A DNA stretch of 64,000 nt. It comes from the human T2T-CHM13v2.0 reference genome, Homo sapiens. A program made the translations under genes and the position numbers. A model generated the notes under the pieces. It saw nothing but the letters and a program-made list of their open reading frames with translations. It was not told the DNA's origin and ran no database searches. Positions within the stretch are counted from its first letter, which is position 1. Each line of letters opens with the position of its first letter. Where the stretch lies: assembly GCF_009914755.1 (NCBI RefSeq), contig NC_060935.1; one strand, given 5' to 3'. Positions 13,571 to 27,137 of this stretch are shown here, piece by piece.

Positions 13571-14904
13571 ACTGTTAGGGACATACAGAGGACTTTCATT
13601 TGTTTTTATGGCTGTATAAGCCTAGGAGACAGGATAAATTGACAGTGTGATCAATATAATACAGAGAAATATTTGCCCACGCATTAAGCTCACAAAGAAA
13701 GGTCTCCAATTTTCCTTTTACAGGGCTTTATATTATTCATAGCATTTAATATTCATATTTCTGTCTTTTGTGTGTGTGAAGTGTATTTAAATTTTGCTTT
13801 AGTCCTCATAACTTGTCTCATTCACTAAGGAGGTGTCTCATGGCGAAAGCATGGTACCCAATATCAGAGAGATTGGTTCTACAAATTGCTTAATCTCTAT
13901 AAGCCTCAAATATTTCAACTGTCAAATTAGGTTAATGATATTTACCAACTACCTTTTGAATAATTGGAGTGAGAATGCAAGACTCTATTACTCTATTGGA
14001 AAGTGTTGAAAAATACTGATTACTATATATAGAAAGTAACAATCTTTGACAAGCTTCAGCACTATTGAAAAACTTACCTTAGTTGTCTTTGATGATCTTA
14101 ATGATGTTTAGGGGTGCTCAGACACAATCCTATTTGAGATTATCTTTTCTTGGGATAAGTAAGTTTCAATGTGAAAGATATTTCACACTTCAAAAGAGTT
14201 TATTCAGGTGATTCAATATCAAATCAACAGTTGTTAGGAAAGTCTCTTTGTAAGTCTAAATATTTTCTTCTAGCCTAAAGCCTCTGAACATTTTCACAAA
14301 AAAATGATGTTACATGGCTCTGGTCCCCTCAGGGTAAGATGAAGAAAGTGTGGAGGAAATACATGTAAATGAGTCACTCAATTCTTGATGAATCTTGCTT
14401 TGGAGATGTGAACAACAACAACAAAAAACATTTTTACCTTGTACTGCATGTGTATTTAAAGAGGTTTCTACAAAGATTCAGAGACCTTGTCTTTTAGCTA
14501 TTGCTTTCTCTCCCAGGAATTAATTATCTCCTTTGATGGAAAGACTTTGTCTTAGAAGCAGATATTCTGGGGAGACATGTTTGAAAAACACCCATCCTGA
14601 ATGGGGAATTGAATTCTGTGTATTTAAAACTTAAGCCTGTGAGAGTCCCTTTTTCCTATCTGAACCCAGGCTTCTAAGAAAGCTGAATGCCATGTAAATG
14701 GCAAGGTGGCATAATTCCAGAGTGGGCACCCCATGTAGTTTCCCTGTCGACTCATGCTACAGAAAGAGCTGCTATTTTTTCACCTAATATGAAACCTTTT
14801 TTGGAAAAATGTTATTGATTGCTTGAGATCTAGAGCACTGAGGGCATGAAATTAATGGCAGCCATTTTAAAGGACTTGAAATGCTATTTTTCTTTCCCTC
14901 CTCC

Positions 14905-17900
14905 TACTTTATTGAGGTATATTTGACAAGAAATTTTTATACTCAATTTTATATTCAAGAAATTTTTATAAATCATATTGATGATTTATATATGTATACA
15001 TTGGGTAGTAATCACCATAATCAACATAATTAATATGCTCATCACCTTACATAGTTAATTACTTTTATTGGTATGGTGAGAAACTTAAGCTCTACCTTCT
15101 TAAATCTACTGTAATGTATACAAAACTGTAGTAATAACTATAGTCACTTTGCTGTACCTTAGCTCTACAACAGATTTTACATAAGTGCAACTTTATGCAC
15201 CTTGACCAGCATTTCCATTTCTCCCTGCTCTAGCCCCTCACAACCACCATACTATTCACTGTTTCTATGAGTTTTATTATTTTAGCTTTTACATAAAAGT
15301 GAGGACATGCAATATTTGTCTTTTTGTGCCTGGCTTATTTTGTTTAGCATAATGTCCTGCAGATTTATCCATGTTTTTGCAAATGGAAGAATTTCTTTTC
15401 TTTTAAGGCTGAATAATATTTATGTGTATATAAAATCACTTTTCTAATCCATTAAGTTACCAACAGGCAATTAGATTGTTACTACATCCTTGTATTGTGA
15501 ATAATACTCCAATAAACATGGAATACAGGTATCTTTTCAAGATACTGATTTCATTTTCTTTGGATACACAACCAGAAGTGAGATTGCTGGATCAGAAGCT
15601 TTTTAATTTTGGGGGGGATCTCTATACTGTGTTCCCAATGGCTGTATCAACTTATGTTCTCACCAACTGTGCACAAGGGTTTTCTTTCCACCACTTCTTC
15701 ACTAACATTTATCTTTTTTCTGATATAGCTATCCTACATGCGTGAGGTGATATTTCATTGTGATTTTGATTTGCATTACTATAATAATAAGTGATATTGA
15801 GTATCTTTTCAAATACTGGTTGGAAGTTAATATATTTTCTTTTGAGAAATGATTATTCTCATTCTTCGTCCATTTTTTAATTTTTTCGCTATTGAGTTGT
15901 ATGTGCTTCTTTTATATTTTGGATATTAACTCCTAATCATATACATGGCTTGCAAATATTTTCTCTCATTCCATAGATTGCCTTTTCACTTTGTTGATTG
16001 TTTCCTTTGCTGTGAAGAAGCTTTTCGTTTGATGCAATACTGCTCATTTATTTTTGCTTTTGTGACCTCTGCTTTTGGTATCAGATTAAAATATCATTGT
16101 CCAGACCAAAATCAAGATTTTATTTTCCCTGTTTTCTTCTACTAACCTTATAGTTTCAGGTATTGCATTTAAGTTGTCAATCCACTTTCATTTGCTTTTT
16201 GTATATGGTGTGAGATAAGAGTCCAATTTCATTCTTCCGTTTGTGAATATTCAGTTTTTCTAACACCATGTATTGAAGAGACTCTTCTTCCTCCTACTGT
16301 GTGTTCTTGACACCTTTGTCAAAGATGAGTTAATAGATATTGGGTTTATTTCCAGGCTACTATAGTATTAGAATAGTCTATCCTTACCGAGGAGTTTATG
16401 CTTTCATATGTTTTCATGTTGTTAGTTAGTGTCCTTTCATTTCAGCTCACTTTTGTTTCAAGCATGAAGAATTTCCTTTAGTATTCCCTTTAAGGCAGGT
16501 CCAGTGGTGATGAACTCACTCAGATTATGTTTGTCTGGGAAAGTTTTATCTCTTTTTTATTTCTGAACAGTTTTTCTGAGTATTTTGTGTTGATAGTTCT
16601 CTTTCTTTTTCTTTCAGCACTTTGAATATATTATGTCACCCTCTCCTGGCTTGCAAGGTTTCTGCTGACAAATCTGCTAATAGTTTTATTCCTTTGTATG
16701 TGATAAGTCATTTTTTCCTTAGTGCTTTCAAACTTCTCTCTTTATCCTTAATTTTGGCAATTTGATTCTACTGTGTTTTGGTGAAGACATCCTTATGTCC
16801 TAACTTTTGTAGATCTTTGGGCTTCATGGGTCTGGATGTTTATATTCCTTCCTACATTTGGGGACTCTTTTCTTTATTATCATTTCTTTAAACATACTTT
16901 TAGCTTCTCTTTCTTTCTCTGTTCCTTCTGGGTAGCCCATAATACATACATTGACACACAGGATGGTGTTCCAGAAATACCAAAGGATCTTTTAACTTTA
17001 TTTTTCCTTTTTTTCCCTCCAAGTGAGACAAGTTTCAAGCGATCTGTCTTCAAGCTTGCTGATTCTTTCTCCTGCTTGGTTGAGTCTGCTTTGCAGCTCT
17101 CTTTATGGAATTTTTCAGGTCACTGTGTTCCTCTCTTGAATTTCTGTTTGATTCCTTTTTATGGCTTATATATTTTTATTGAACTTCTAATTTTGTTCAT
17201 GCATTGTTTTCCTAATTTTTAAAGTTGTTTATCTGCATTATGTATTCCCATGAATTCTTGAAGACAATTATTTTGAATTCCTTGTCAGACAGTTCATATA
17301 TCTCCATTTCTTTAGAGTCAATTACTGTTGATTTATTTATTTCCTTTGGTGGTATCATGTTTGTCTGATCCTTCATGATTCTTATAAACTTGCTTTTGTG
17401 TCTTTGCATTTGAAGAAGTTATCATCTCTTGTAGCCTGTAAAGGCTGGCTTCTGCTGGGAAAGTCCTTCACCAGTCAGCTTGTCTAGAATTCCTGTGTGA
17501 GCCAACAGTTGAAGAGACTATGGGCAGTTTGACTGCAGAGGTCTCCAGGCAGATAACCTTGCTGTCTGTTTCCACAGGTTTGGCCTTGCATTACAGTCCA
17601 GTGGGAATAGACCTGACACATGGGTCTGCAGTTGTGAGCCTGGAGCCTGGGTCCACCAGGGTGAGTTTACAACCTGGGTTTATGTGGGCTGGCCTGGCAC
17701 TGGAGCAGACCTTGAGTCTGCATTTTTGAGGGACAGCCTGGAACTGGGGTAGGGTGGAAACTGAGTCCTCCTTGGTGGAGCTGTACCTGTGTTAAGCCTA
17801 GTGCCAGGGTCCATGGGTACTGGCCTTCCACAGGTGCTCACTGGGGCAGACATGAAAGTTGAATCCATAGGGGTTGGTCTATTGCCTGGTTTGCATTCCT

Positions 17901-19430
17901 GCCTGGTGCTGAGGTGGGCTGATAGCCTGTTTTCATGGAGACTGGCCTGGTACTGAGGCAGGCCTAGAACCTAGATCCACATAGCAGTCTAACCATAGAA
18001 TAGGCCTGAAACTGGGGCTAGTCTGGCAGTGGGGTGGGTCTGGTTCCTGTAGTTACATGGGCTGGCCTTGCAAAGGTGCTGGCCTGAAGCTTTAGTGGTG
18101 AAGGGGTGGTGCAGCCCTGGTGACTTAACTACTTGTGCCAGCCTGGCTTTGAGTTAGTGAGGACCTCATTGGTACTAGGGCTGGTTTTGTGACTTGGTCT
18201 AAGAGAGCTGGCCTAGTGCTGGGGTGGTTTAAAAGCCTGGGTCTGTGGGGACTTGCCTGGCTCTGGGGTGAGCCTGGTGCTTAAGTTCACGTGAATCAGC
18301 CTTGTGCTTGAGACTGTTGGTGCAGGCCTGAATAGGCGTCTGCAGTGAAGTCAATTCTCACTTCACTTTTCTTTTCCACATAAGAGAGCCCTGGGACAGA
18401 GAGGGTCTCTCTTAGCCTTGTGCTGCATGGGCTTGGGGAAGGGGTGACTTGGGTAAAGTAAAGCTGTTCATTCCCCCATTCAATGCATCTTTTCTTGATT
18501 GTGTCTTCTACTTGGGTGCTGTAAGTTCTCACCTGTGATCTAGAACTCTTGTGAAGGTATTTTCATGTGTGGATGGATATTTATATTGGTGTTTCTGTGA
18601 GGGAATGTGATGTGGAACCTCATATTCTATCTTTTGACATCACTATCTTTGTGCATTTTTTTTTAAGACAGAGTCTCGCTCTGTTGCCCAGGCTGGAATG
18701 CAGTGGCCCAATTGCAACTCACTGTAAGCTCCGCCTCCCGGGTTCATGCCATTCTCCTGCCTCAGCCTCCTGAGTAGCTGGGACTACAGGCACCTGCCAC
18801 CATGCCCAGCTAATTTTTCTGTATTTTTAGTAGAGACGGGTTTTCACTGTGTTAGCCAGGATGGTCTCGATTTCCTGACCTTGTGATCCACCCGCCTTGG
18901 CCTCCAAAAGTGCTGGGATTACAGGCATGAGCAGCTGAGCCTGGCCCCTTTGTGCATATTTAATTGAGTTGTTTGTCTTTTTATTTTTGAGATGTAAAGA
19001 GTTCTTTACATATTTTTATACAAGATCCTTATCAAATATATGATTTGGAAATATTTTCTCCCATTTTATGAACCGACTTTGACTTTCTAGATAGTTTCCT
19101 TTGAGGCACAAAAGTTTTAAATTTTGATAAAGTTCAATTTGTCTATTTTTCATTTGTTGCCTGTTTATTGCTGTATTTAAGGAACCATTGTCTAATGCCA
19201 AGATCATGAAGATTTACCCCTCTGTTTTCCTCTAATAGTTATATGGTTTTAGATTTTACACTGGATCTTTGATCCATTTGGGGTTAATTTTTGTATATGA
19301 CAAGAGAAAGGGGTCCAAATTTATTCCTTTGTATTTGGGTATCCAGTTGTCCCAGTATCATTTGCTGAAGAAATAATTCATTTTCCACTGAATGTTCTTG
19401 ACTACTATTATTGTCACCTTAATTATATTA
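14905..19430 (-). mobile_element. Composite of old L1M elements (L1MA 3' end and ORF2, then ORF1/5'UTR of another L1M, then ORF2)
   Basis: tttattgaggtata 3' end; antisense 3'UTR and ORF2 motifs; ORF1-like peptide on the - strand at 17212-17409 (EMEIYELSDKEFKIIV). Confidence 0.75.
18657..18947 (-). mobile_element. AluY/Sc
   Basis: gggttcatgccattctcctgcc and gttagccaggatggtctcgat; TSD CTTTGTGCAT at 18647 and 18948. Confidence 0.92.
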
Positions 19431-19589
19431 AGTCTTCCATCTATGAACAGTAGATGGGCTTCTGTTTATTTTGGTCTTTGTCTTACTTTATTCATGCTGC
19501 TGTAACAAAATACCACAGACTAATTTATAAAAAATAGAAATTTATGTCTCACAGCACTAAAACTGGGAAGTCCAAGATCTAGGTAGTCA

Positions 19590-19997
19590 ACGTCCATCAA
19601 TGATAGACTGGATTAAGAAAATGTGGCACATATACATCATGGGATACTATGCAGCCATAAAAAAGGATGAATTCATGTCCTTTGGAAGGACATGGATGCA
19701 GCTGGAAACCATCATTCTGAGCCAACTATCACAAGGACAGAAAACTAAATACCACCTGTTCTCACTCATAGGTGGGAATTGAACAATGAGAACACTTGGA
19801 GACAGGACAGGGAACATCACACCCCAGGGCCTGTCGTGGGGTAGGGGGTCAGGGGGAGGTATAGCATTAGGAGAAATACCTAATGTAAATGACAAATTTA
19901 TGGGTGCAGCAAACCAATATGGCACATGTATACCTATGTAACAAACCTGCACGTTGTGCACATGTGCCCTAGAACTTAAAGTATGCAAAAAAAAAAG
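19590..19997 (+). mobile_element. 5'-truncated L1PA 3' end
   Basis: ORF2 C-terminus (WIKKMWHIY), G-rich 3'UTR, ccctagaacttaaagtat and poly-A; preceded by an MLT1 piece at ~19480-19585. Confidence 0.92.
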
Positions 19998-21599
19998 TGT
20001 GAATGTCTCCAAAATCAAAATCAGTCTAAAGAAGACATCAAATTTAATAGAATCCTTATGACTAATAAGAAAGTTATGGTATAATAATAATTTTACTAAA
20101 GTTTATTAGTATTTACTACAACGTGGTTCATGCTAGAAAGTCATTGTCTTGCTAATCTGCACAAGAGCCTTATGAAATAGATACTGTTTTTCTTGATTTC
20201 TAACACAATTGGATGAAGCCTGGAAAATTTAAATAAATTACTTTAGTCACAGAGGTAGCGAATACTTGAGGTAGGATTTGAGCTCATGTAGTTTTTCTTT
20301 GGAACTTACACTTTTAGGCACTATGGTATACACCAGAAAAATGACACACATTTGAATAAAGAAAAATTCTAGTCAGGGAAATGTGCAATAAATAAACCTT
20401 TTAAAGAAAGGATAAATTCAGAGTGAAAAGGGCTTAAAAAGGTGAAATCTGTGACATGATAGAGAGCAACTCAGAAGGCAGGGTGGGATTACTTCAGATT
20501 GGGTGTTTAAAAAGATTTAAGTGCACGAATTTAGTGTTTAACCTATCCAGGGTGAGGAACAATGAGCTGAAAGTCATAAGTAAAACAGTAGAGATAAATT
20601 TATGTATGTGGAGGAGGGATATTATCTGACCTGATGCAACTCTTGTCTTTAATTTCTCTCTTCCCTTTTGACCCTAATATCACCAACTAAATTTATCATA
20701 TTATAATTAATTCATCTCTAACTAAAATCGGGATGAAGCAAAATAAAGCACATGCATCCAAGCAACCACCTTCTCCAGAAGTCTTTGTGTGTTCCTCTGG
20801 TAGTTTCTGTTTCTGATGGACTTTTTGGTGTAGTCAATGACATTGATCTGCACTTTGCCTCTGCATGACTATTGTTTTAAAATTAATTTCTATCTTTTAT
20901 CCCCATGTAAAAAATTCACTTAGCGAAGTTGAGCTAGGTTGATTTGTAAAAGGAAAACTATTTAACCAATTGTAATTGATGTTTTCACCTCCTGTCAGAG
21001 TCTATACAATTGTTCCCCACTCAAACATGTATCTGTTTGATCTCATCCAGCACGACTCTCTCGCTTGTTCACTGTGCTCCAGCTGCAGTGACCTCATTCT
21101 TGCCCTTGGGCCACTGTACTAGCTCTTCTTTATTCCCCAAATGCTCATCATCTTTTAGATCTTCACATGGCTTGGTCCTTGTCATTACTCAGTCTGCAGT
21201 TCAATTTCTCCTCCTTAGAGGTCTTCTTGAGCCATCCATGTAAAGCCATTCTCCATCTCTTTGAGTTATTTTCTATCACATTACTTTGCTACATTTTGTT
21301 GTCAACATTTTCACCACGTGATTGTCAGATGTAATTGTTTTTTTTTTTTTTTTTGTCCATTTTTTCCAGTTAGAATTGAAATCCGTGAAAGTAGAGGTAT
21401 TGGCTGTTTTGTTCACTATGGCATTTGCAGCACAAGAAATGCCCATATGTTTATTCCATGTCAAGCCTATTCTGTGCAAAGAATGGGCTGTTATGAGTAA
21501 ATGCAGTTTTCAAAGGGACCCTTGCTAACCAGAATGCTTCTGCAATTGATGGCTTTCCATTCTTTGTGACAAATTGAAATAGAGAATTTTAGATCAGTT

Positions 21600-21990
21600 T
21601 AGTATATCAGCCATGGTTCTTAGGTGATGACACAGAATTGTCTGTAGGTAGTTTAAGTAGAAGGGATTTATTATATGCAATTAAGTTGTTTAAAGAACCT
21701 TTGGAAGGGTTAGAATGGCAGAGTCTGACCTGAATGGCCAGGAATAGCTTTTAGAAGCACATCTGTCGGGACAGGTGCTCCAAAGGAGCCGCTGTCCCTC
21801 TGACACCATGGTTATGTTGCCACGTCTCCACAGGTGCTGCTGCTTCTCTGACCGCAGAACCACTTCGCCTTTGTTGACATCGTCAGAACCCAGCCTCAGA
21901 TAACTGATTTCCAACTCAAAGACTTGCACGGAGGCTCCTGGTTCGTATCTCCCAAGTCATGTGACTAACCTTCTGGGACTAACATTGTAT
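21600..21990. mobile_element. Probable old MLT1 (MaLR) LTR
   Basis: ggttcttagg...tttaagtagaagggatttatt resembles an old MLT1 terminus. Confidence 0.4.
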
Positions 21991-23804
21991 AGCATATGAT
22001 TTGGTAGCAAATCTCAAGCAGCTCTTCTAACTTAATTTGAGATGCTTATTAATGGAAGAGTCCTTCGATTGAAAAAATGCTTCTCTTACTTTACTTTCAT
22101 TTTCACATTTCTATTTATTTTTTATTGTATACATTTAAGTTATACAACTTAATGTTTTGATATACATGTACATGGTGAAACTATGTACATGTATATCACA
22201 GTTTAACATATCCATCATCTCACATGGTTATCTTTTTGCATCTTATATATATATTTTTTTTTTTGGTTAGAGGACCCAAAGTCTACCCTGTTAGAAAATT
22301 TGCAGTGATACAATGCAATATTACTAACTATAGTTTTTATACTACATTTTATTTAGATCTTTAGATTTATTCATCCTACATATCTTCCCATTTTCCCCAC
22401 CCTCTGCCTCTGGTAACCACTGTTGTTCTATTCTCTGTTTCTACATATTCAGCTATTTATTTTTATTTTTTTGTATTCCACATAGAGGAGAAATTGTGCA
22501 ATATTTTTCTTTCTGAGTCTGGCTTATTTCACTAAACATAATGTCTTCCAGCTTCATTCATATTATTGCAAATGGCAGGATCTCCTTGTTTTTAAAATTG
22601 AAATAATATTCATGTATATGAATACTATATATTATATTATATATATGCAAAAAGGTAACCATGTGAGATGATGGATATGTTAAAGTGCATACCTGTAGTA
22701 ATAGTTTCACCATGTACATGTATATATAAATTATATATATTATATATTATATTAAAGTAATATATTATAATACACATATTACATTATCAATATAGTAATA
22801 ATATACTATGTTAATATAATTCATAATAATATATTTTAATAATAATCACATTCATATTTTATTATACTTTTAAAAAAATCTAGTCATCTGTTGAGAAACA
22901 TTCGGGTTTTGTTTTCATATGGTGGTTATTGTGAATAATGCTGCAATGAACATGTGAGTGCAGATATATCTACAAGTACTACTTTCATTTCCTTTGGGTG
23001 TATATCCAGAAGAGGGATTACTGACCCATATTGTAGTTCTATTTTTAATTTTTCAATGAGCCTTATGCTCTGTCCCCAAATGGCTGTTCCAATTTACATT
23101 TCCACCACCAGTATACCAGTGTTCTCTTTTCTCCACGTCCTTGCCAACACTTATGATCTTATCTTTTTGATAAAGCCATCCTAAGAAGTGTGAGGTGATG
23201 TCTCATTGTAATTTTAATTTGCATTTACCTGATGATTAGTAATATTGGGCATCTTTGCTTTTATCTATTGGCCAGGTTTTTGTTTTGTTTGAAGAAATAT
23301 CCGTTCAGGTTCTTTGGTAATATTTAATTGGGTTATTAATTTTTTTGCTGTTGAGTTATGTAAATTCCTTATATATTTTGGATATTAACTCCTTAACAGA
23401 TTTATGGGTTACAAATATTTTCTCCCAATTTCTAGGCTGTCTTTTACTTTTGTTGTTTTCTTTGATATGCCGAAGTTTTTGGTTTGATGTACTCCCACTT
23501 GTTTAGTTTTCGCTTTTATTCCTTGTGCCTTGGGTGTCCTGTCCAAAAAATTATTGGCAAGACCAATGTCATGCAGCTTTTCCACGATGTTTTCTTCTAG
23601 GAGTTTTATAGTTTATAGTCTTGTGTTTAGTTCTTTAATCCATTTTGATTTGATTTTTCTTTATGGTACAGTATAAGGGTTCAATTTTATTCTTTTGCAT
23701 GTGGATATCCAGTTTTCTTAACACCACTAATTGAAGAGAGTAACTTTTCTCTATGTTTTATTCTTTGTACTTTTGTCAAAGATTAATTAATAGTATATGC
23801 CTGG

Positions 23805-24167
<363 letters not shown>

Positions 24168-24226
24168 TTATGTCCATACTGTTTTTATAACCATACTGAT
24201 TTGATGATAATAGCTTTGTGACATAA

Positions 24227-24574
<348 letters not shown>

Positions 24575-24804
24575 TGATGCCTCCAACTTTTTTTCCCCTA
24601 AAGATTGCTTTGTCTACTTGAAGTCTTCTGTGGTTCCATTTGAATTTTATGTATTTATTAAAAAAGTCTAAACTTTAAAAAAGTCACTGGAATTTTTACA
24701 TGATTACAATGGTACAGGTTACATTGAATTTGTATATCACTTTGGATGGTATGGACATTTTAATAATATTGATTTTTCTCTATCCATGAACGTGTGGTTC
24801 ATTT

Positions 24805-24879
24805 GTCTGTGGCCTACCATCCTGAAGAAACCCAATCTCTGATTTCAGAAGGAAAGCTAGGTTGAACCTAATTAGTACT
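24805..24879 (+). pseudogene. Degenerate, 3'-truncated 5S rRNA pseudogene
   Basis: gtctgtggcc-taccatcctgaagaaacccaatct--ctgatttcagaaggaaagctaggttgaacctaattagtact aligns colinearly with 5S nt 1-~79 (GTCTACGGCCATACCACCCTGAACGCGCCCGATCTCGTCTGATCTCGGAAGCTAAGCAGGGTCGGGCCTGGTTAGTACT). Confidence 0.8.
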
Positions 24880-25581
24880 CTCATTGTTTTTTAAATAAAT
24901 CAAAAATTATATTGTTCACTATTGTGTATTAGGCACTGAATAAGCACTTTACACGCCTTATATCATATTGTCATCATAATGTCATGAATTACATGTTATT
25001 CTCTTTGTTTTAGGGAAACAATGAGACTTGTAGATGTTCAAAATAACTTTTTAAAGTTATAACTTTGTAAGTAAGAAGGCTAACTCTGATAATCTGTCTC
25101 CAACTTAAATTCCTGTTTAAAATCCATAGTCACCTATGTCCAAAATGGTAAAATCATTTCATATTGTCTCATCTCTCTATCTGGACCTTTGCTCCAAATG
25201 TGGGCTCCAGAATCACTTATCCTCTGGCACGTATGAGCTTCCTTTCCCTGATTGCTTGTCAGGTTGTTGTTGTTTTAAACACATATTTTATTTTTTAGTG
25301 TCATGGAATTTGAGCAGGTAGTACAAAGAAATCCTATATAACCTCTGTACCTACACATGCATAGTATCCTCTACTATCAACATTCCACACACCACAGTGG
25401 TACAATTTTACAACAATAAACCTCTATTGATACACCTATCTAACTCAAAGTTCTTAGTTTACACTAGGATTTGCTCTTGGTATTGTATGTTCTATGAGCT
25501 TGGACAAATATGTAATGTCATGTATCTACTGTTACAGTATCATGTAGAATAGAGTAACTGACATAAAAATCCTCTGTGCTC

Positions 25582-26020
25582 AAGAGTTGGAACCAACCCA
25601 AATGCCCATCAATGATAGACTGGATAAAGAAAATGTGGCACATATACACCATGGAATACTAAGCATCCATAAAAAAGCACGATTTCATGTCCTTTTCAGG
25701 GACATGGATGAAACTGGAAGCCATCATTCTGAGCAAACTAACACAGGAACAGAAAACCAAACACCACATGTTCTCACTCATAAGAGAGAGTTGAACAATG
25801 AGAAAACAGGAACCCAAGGAGGGGAACATCACACACTGGGGCCTTTCAGGCCATGGGTGGCAAGGGAAGGGAGAGCATTAGGACAAATACCTAATGCATA
25901 TGGGGCTTAAAACCTAGATGATGGGTTGATGGGTGCAGCAAAACACCATAGCAAGTGTATACCTATGTAACAAACCTGCATGTTCTGCACATGTATCCCA
26001 GAACTTAAAGTAAAACTAAA
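25582..26020 (+). mobile_element. 5'-truncated L1PA 3' end
   Basis: tggaaccaacccaaatgcccatcaatgatagactgg...cccagaacttaaagtaaaa; TSD taaaaa(t/g)cctctgtgctc. Confidence 0.92.
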
Positions 26021-26834
26021 AATAAAAAGCCTCTGTGCTCCACTTATTTATCCCTCCTTCTTCCATAAACCCTAATGTCCACTGATATTTTTGCTGTCTC
26101 CATAGTTTAGCCTTTTCCAGAATGCCATATAGTTGGAAATATACAATATATAACCTTTTCAAATAGGCATTTTCACTCAGTAATATGTATTTTGTTTTCT
26201 TCATGTGTTTTCATGGCTTGGTAGTTCATTTCTTTTTAGTACTGAATAATATTTCATAGTCTGGATGCACACATTTGTTTATCCACTTACCTAATAAAGA
26301 GCATCTTCATGGCCTCTAAGTTTTGGCAATTATGAATAAAGCTGCTAGAAACATTTGTGTGTGAGTTTTTGTGTGAGCATAAATTTTCATCTTGAGTAAA
26401 TATCAAAAATCCCATTTGCTTGATTGTATGATAACAGTATGTTTAGTTTCATAAGAAATTGCCAAACTGTCTTCCAAAGTATCTGATATCATTTCTCTGT
26501 TGTATGATCTGTCTATTTCTTCACCAATGCTACATTGTCTTGATTGCTGTACCTCTATAGCAAGTCTTGAATTTGGGTAGTATCAGTTCTCCAACTTTGT
26601 TCTTTCCCTCAGTATCACATTAGCTATTCTTGGTCTTTTGCCTTTCCATATAAGCTTTAGAATTAGTTTGTCAATATTTACAAAATACTCTGCTGGAATT
26701 TTGACTGGGATTAAAATGAATGCATAGATTAAGTTGGGAAGAATAGACATCTTGACAATATTGAGTCTTCCTATCCATGAATATGAAATATTTCTTCATT
26801 TATTTAGTTTTTTTATTTGTTTCTCCTTTTTCAT

Positions 26835-27137
26835 TTTTTTTTTTTTGTTTTGAGACGGAGTTTCACTCTTGTTGTCCAGGCTGGAGTGCAATGGCGTGAT
26901 CTCAGCTCACCACAACCTGCACCTCCCAGGTTGAAGTGATTCTGCTGCCTCAGCCTCCCGAGTAGCTGGGATTACAGGCATGTGCCACCACGCCTGGCTA
27001 ATTTTGTATTTTTTCTTAGTAGAGACGGGGTTTCTGCATGTTGGTAAGGCTGGTCTCGAACTCCTGACCTCAGGTGATCTGCCTGTCTCAGCCTTCCAAA
27101 GTGCTGGGATTAACGGCTTGAGCCACTGCACCCTGCC
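26835..27137 (-). mobile_element. AluSp/Sq
   Basis: gagtttcactcttgttgtccagg wording; full dimer. Confidence 0.92.
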
